From NCBI GenBank assembly GCA_964016885.1, contig OZ024746.1:21204001-21268000 (forward strand): a stretch of DNA of 64,000 bases. The letters are read 5' to 3'. The stretch's first letter is position 1. Each line of letters opens with the position of its first letter. Both the position numbers and the translations under genes were made by a program. The DNA comes from Eledone cirrhosa. Taxonomy: Eukaryota. Of the stretch, positions 58,775 to 64,000 are shown in pieces. A model generated the notes under the pieces. That model saw only the letters and a list, made by a program, of their open reading frames with translations, had not been told where the DNA came from and made no database searches.

Positions 58775-59440
58775 ATAAATATATTGGAATAGAATGAAAC
58801 GAAATTTCATTTCTCACTCTTAGTACGGCACTTACTTAAATGTAAGTATGTATGTATGTACACGTACATACATATATGTATACAGACGTACAGTAGTATG
58901 TATATATATACATACATGCACACATATATATATGCACGTATCAGTTTACCGAACATTTATTATAATGCTCGGTTTGTTTGTTTGTAAACAAACAAACAAC
59001 CCGAATTACGCCGTACAGTGTGTAGGAAACCACGTCACCTTTTTGTTCAACACGTTTTCGGTGTGCCCGGCCGACTGAACTCACTCGATATGCGGGTTGG
59101 GCTGCTCAGTCGTTAATATGCATAAGGAAATATATACTTTCAGACGTTCAACCATCTGGCAGGAAGGTATACGATGCTGACGATAGCTAATAAGCTTGAA
59201 ACTAGTACATCGTTCTTGTGTCGGTGTTGAACAAAAAGGTGACGTGGTTGCCTAAACACTGTACGGCGTAATTCGGGCTGTTTGTTTGTTTACAAACAAA
59301 CAAACCGAGCATTATAATAAATGTTCGGTAAACTGATACGTGCATATATATATGTGTATACACGTATGTATATATATAGATACTACTGTACGTCTGTATA
59401 CATATGTATGTACGTGTACATACATATATACTTACATTTA
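58775..59440. mobile_element. Fold-back element, family C: 217-bp inverted arms with a hammerhead in the loop
   Basis: Arms 58837-59053 and 59224-59440; possible ~60-nt tail 58775-58836. Confidence 0.85.
59171..59213 (+). ncRNA. Minimal type I hammerhead ribozyme
   Basis: ACGATG-CTGACGA-T-AGCT(AATA)AGCT-T-GAAAC(TA)GTA^-CATCGT: 6-bp stem I, palindromic ACTAGT. Confidence 0.85.
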
Positions 59441-59444
59441 TATA

Positions 59445-59547
59445 TATAGGGTGTCCCATCAAAATATATACACACTTTGATTACATGTACAGGCAGTATT
59501 TATTAGAATGATGCTGAAGTGTGTATAAATTTTGGGGATTCCCTATA
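59445..59547. mobile_element. ~100 bp Tc1/mariner-type MITE
   Basis: TATAGGGTGTCCCATCAAAATATATACACACTT..AAGTGTGTATAAATTTTGGGGATTCCCTATA. Confidence 0.65.
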
Positions 59548-59902
59548 TATATATATATATATAGTTTAATTTATAATACGTATAGCTGTAGCCATTATCT
59601 ACCCACTTACTGATTTTGCAAGAATCATGTTGTAAATACGAAGTTATAATTCAGACGGACACTTTCGTTAATTAGTGAATATACAGCTTCATGTAGACAT
59701 AATGCATACACCCGGACTGTACAGCTTCTACTTACATTCCATATGCAACAGTTGCATCAGCAATTGTTACTCACAAAAGTCATACAATACTTATAAATAT
59801 CACATAACCGGACTATGCAACGTTAAATCACCAGGAGTTCAGTTCAAATTCAAACAGGAGATTTATACGAGCGATTCCGAGTGACTGGTACAATATATAC
59901 TG

Positions 59903-59936
<34 letters not shown>

Positions 59937-59939
<3 letters not shown>

Positions 59940-60134
59940 CGAGTAGGACCCCGACGGCTGAGCTCAAGCCGTTTCGACGGCTAATTCTGGACTAAATAGT
60001 CCAGAATTAGCCGTCGAAACGGCTTGAGCTCAGCCGTCAGGGTCCTACTCGTTCCTATTACCCACTCTACTACCCTAAGTATTGGGTACTTTGGTGCGTT
60101 ATGGTCCACCTGGTTCCTTACCACATTTCCTTCG

Positions 60135-60136
<2 letters not shown>
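59937..60136. mobile_element. Fold-back element, family A, copy 4
   Basis: 58-bp arms 59937-59994 and 59997-60054 with AA loop, then ~80-nt tail; (TA)n on both sides. Confidence 0.9.
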
Positions 60137-60173
<37 letters not shown>

Positions 60174-60189
60174 TGTTCAAAATGGATGT

Positions 60190-60590
60190 AATATAATGAT
60201 GGTGTTTGTATGCAGACTTCTGTGCTACATGGCAGTGAAACCTGGATCTTGACTGTGAAAGAAATGAAGTAAGTATGTTCTGATGGATGTGTAATTTTAG
60301 TGCGCATGAATGATGTCGCATAAGTGAGCTGTGAGAAAAACTTGGTATAAAAGGAATTGGCTGTAGTATGCCTGAATATGTGATGAGTATGGAAAATGAC
60401 AGTTGTATAAAGAAATACAGAGAAATCGCAGTGGATGGCATTTGTGGAAGGGGCAGACCCAGGAAGACATGGGATGAGGTAGGGAAGACTGACATTTAAA
60501 AGCTGAACACAACACCAGGGATGACAAAGAGTGGCTAGCAACATGCTGTATTGGCAAAGACTCAACTACAGGCGTAAAATGTAATCTGAT
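60190..60590 (+). mobile_element. Degraded RTE-X-like LINE 3' fragment; related pieces at 62360-62505, 62695-62850 (-) and 63378-63650
   Basis: ERNEVSMF*WMCN..EL*EKLGIKGI..GRGRPRKTW; QERRLCWYIYVMHMDDDLWVKKC..GRGRLRKIW. Confidence 0.75.
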
Positions 60591-61004
60591 GCACTTCATG
60601 ATATGCCCCCCCCCCCCCCACACACACACTATCACTCCTTAACACCCATTTCTCATCCTCTCTCTCCCTTTCATTGCCCCCCCCTCCATTATCACTTTGT
60701 AGTAGCTAATTTCACTAACACCGTACATCCCCACTCCTACTGCCACTAGGTTCACCTCTACCCCCCCCCCTCCATCATTAAATACTAACAACCACACTAT
60801 ACAGATTCATCACTTCAACCAGGATCATTCCCAGCCCCAAATCCTAACACACCAGTCATAACATTCCCCTCTAACTGGAGTTCACCCCACTTTTCAATTT
60901 ATGTCTGAATTAATAATACTATTAGTACAACAAATAGTGCACAATTAGATGACTTTTATTTCCAAAATATTTATCACACATATTATCATCATCATTATTA
61001 TGAT

Positions 61005-61398
61005 TGGCAGTATAAGTGGAGGGTCAGACACCATGCTTTCCAGCATAGAGTTATGCCCCTTTATGGTCTGAGTTCAAATCCCACTGAGGTTAACTTTGCC
61101 TTTCATTCTTACGGGCTCGATAAAATGCACTGAGATAATTGCTGGCCTTGTGCCAACAGTAGAAACAATTATTATTTCCATCATGGCAGATTGGCTGTAT
61201 TAGCAGAGTGTCAGGCATGTTTTGCAGCATATTGTTAAGCTTTTTACATTCTGAGTTCAAATCCTGCCAAGTTTAGCTTTGCCTTTCATCCTTATGGGGT
61301 CAATAAAGTAAAGCACCAGTAATGCACTGAGGTCGATTTAATTGACTTTCTCCTCCCCTAAAATTGTTGGCCTTGTGCCTAAATTAGAAACCATTATT
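61005..61398 (+). mobile_element. Two tandem major-family SINEs
   Basis: Consensus matches at 61005-61175 and 61184-61398. Confidence 0.85.
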
Positions 61399-61728
61399 AT
61401 CATCACCATCATCATGTGTAGAATGTATCTGACTATTAGCTGAGTCCACTGTGAAATTCACCACCTTCCTTTATATTTGGTGGTCCATGAAGTTTTCCAA
61501 ATTAATTTACATGGCTGGATGCCAGCCAAATTAATGAAGCTTTCAATTGACGATATAAAGCCTCAACAACAATACTAAGAGATGTAAATAATACTTAATA
61601 ACAACACAAAGAAGATCAAAAGGGTAGTGAACAATGCCATGAGTAAATATTTAAAGAGAACTGGAACTTAGAACAGGCCAAATCAGAAGCAGCACTGTAG
61701 TTACTTGCCCACCCCACCTCAATCAATT

Positions 61729-63523
61729 TATTAACAAAATAGCCTCCAACATCATGAAAAACAGGACCACAGGAGTTGAGTTCAAATGCCACTGATGTCA
61801 ACTTAGAGATTTATGCATTTAAAGATGGATAAAATAAATCTCCTATCATGTACTAAGTTTTATATCTGCATATATGTATCTGTATGTATGTGTGTATATA
61901 CATATATATGAATATAATTGTTCCTACTTTTGGCACAAGGCCAGCAATTACCCAGTACAATACTGGTACTTTATTTTATCGACCCCATAAGGATTAAAGG
62001 CAATAACATAGATGACTAAGGTAGAGAATGCTGAAAATACCAACTAGAACGCAATGGACCTATATATATATATCGTGTAGGTGTCACGAGAAAAAACACA
62101 GTCCACGCTGTAATGTGGCCATGTAGGTAACACGGTAAAAAGTTCCCAGTTCCACACTGTAAATGTGGTTGGTATTAGGAAGGGCATCCACCCGTAAAAA
62201 ACCTGCCAGATAGTCCTATATGAGCGAGACACGGTCACCCGACCAAACCTTGCCTCAAGTGGGACAACTCCCGTCTAACCCATGCTAGCGTGGAAAGTGG
62301 ACGTTAAACGAAGATGATGATGATGATGATGATGATGAAATATAAATAATGTAATATATTGGTTTAAGAGGAATTTGAGATGGTGTGCAGGAGAGAAGAC
62401 TGTGTTGGTACATATATGTGATGCACATGGATGATGATTTATGGGTGAAAAAGTGCCAGGAAATGCCAATGGAAGGAAGGCGAGGTAGAGGTAGATTGAG
62501 AAAGACTTGTCTTCTTTATAGCAGCTTGTCTACAATAGATGAGTCATTGACTGCCAGAAAGACCAGATATCATACTGAATATCATATCTCTTGGTAGCTA
62601 CAACAATTCTACTTTCTTATGTGTCATCCTGCACATGAGAAACCAGAAAAAAAAAGAAGAAAATATATATATATATATCATTATCGTCGTCATTTTACGT
62701 CTGATTTTCCCTGCTTGCAAGGGTCGGATGCGTCCTATTCAGCACAGCATCTCTCCACTTGTCACAGTCCTTCGTCATTTCCTCCATGAGTTTCAGTGAT
62801 CTGAGATCTGCTTTCACCACCTCCACCCATGTTTTTCGTGGTCTACCTCTACTATTAACAAAATAGCCTCCAACATCATGAAAAACAGGACCACAGGAGT
62901 TGAGTTCAAATCCCACTGATGTCAACTTAGAGATTTATGCATTTAAAGATGGATAAAATAAATCTCCTATCATGTATTAAGTTTTATATCTGCATATATG
63001 TATCTGTATGTATGTGTATATATGTATGTGTATATATACATATATATGAATATAATTGTTTATACTTTTGGCACAAGGCCAGCAATTACCCAGTACAATA
63101 CTGGTACTTTATTTTATCGACCCCATAAGGATGAAAGGCAATAACATAGATGACTAAGGTAGAGAATGTTGGAAATACCAACTAGAATGCAATGAACCTA
63201 TATATATATATATATATATATAAATGTTTCTACTTTTGGCACAAGGCCAGCAATTAACCAGTGCATTACTGGTACTTTATTTTATCGACCCCGTAAGGAT
63301 GAAAGGCAAAGTCAACCTCGGCGGGATTTGCACTCAGATCGTATATATATATATATATATAAATAATGTAATATATTGGTTTAAGAGGAATTTGAGATGG
63401 TGTGCAGGAGAGAAGACTGTGTTGGTACATATATGTGATGCACATGGATGATGATTTATGGGTGAAAAAGTGCCAGGAAATGCCAATGGAAGGAAGGCGA
63501 GGTAGAGGTAGATTGAGAAAGAT
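61729..63523 (+). repeat. Local tandem duplication: A 61729-62072 / A' 62853-63222 and B 62341-62504 / B' 63358-63523
   Basis: Near-identical unique sequence, including an identically truncated SINE. Confidence 0.92.
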
Positions 63524-64000
63524 TTGGGCAGAGGTGGTGGGAGCTGACCTCAAATTGCTGAGACTCAGAGGAAGGAATGCTGTGAGTAGAGAGATGCTGG
63601 GCTGAGAAGGATTGTCCAACCCATGCAAGTGTGGAAAACCAAACGTAAAAATGATGATGATAGTTATATATATATATCTCCTCATCATATATCCTTGTTT
63701 AACATCTATTCTACCATGCCTGTATGGGTTAGATGAGACAAATCAGGTCTGGAGACCATGTCATGCTCATATGAATCTGTATCATAGCTTGGTTTCTATG
63801 GCTTGATGCCCTTGATGCCAACTATATTATTGTGTCGACTAGATGATTTTATTGTTACACAAAAAAATAGCCTCTTGGACTGGGCACTTTATGTTGTGTC
63901 ATCGGCACAACTACCTTCCATGGTGGACTGGGTGCTTATCTTTTTCTTGTTCACCACCACAAACTCTTTAGTGGATTGACTGTATGTTCATATATAAGAA

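Overview
AT-rich eukaryotic DNA with no intact protein-coding gene. The SINE families and microsatellite density suggest a cephalopod (octopus-like) genome; this is inferred from repeat style and unverified. Nearly all listed ORFs are microsatellite artefacts. The window holds decayed transposons: a hAT/Buster transposase with a LINE inserted, a mariner relic, hATm ends, mariner-type MITEs, and a nested HERO > Gypsy > CRE stack. It also has more than 20 tRNA-derived SINEs, a young ~610-bp non-autonomous RTE-derived element that sits in microsatellites, several large mini- and microsatellites, and a possible non-coding 5' exon. The main signal is about 9-10 type I hammerhead ribozyme motifs from at least 7 dissimilar sequence families. 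Most lie in short non-coding islands bounded by (TA)n. Several islands form fold-back hairpins with a shared layout: (TA)n, a short arm starting at a fixed internal TA site, a variable turn, a long arm plus a 55-80 nt tail, then (TA)n. This resembles a population of non-autonomous Penelope-type (pLTR/retrozyme-like) elements that target TA microsatellites. All folds, alignments and family assignments were done by eye, so boundaries are approximate.
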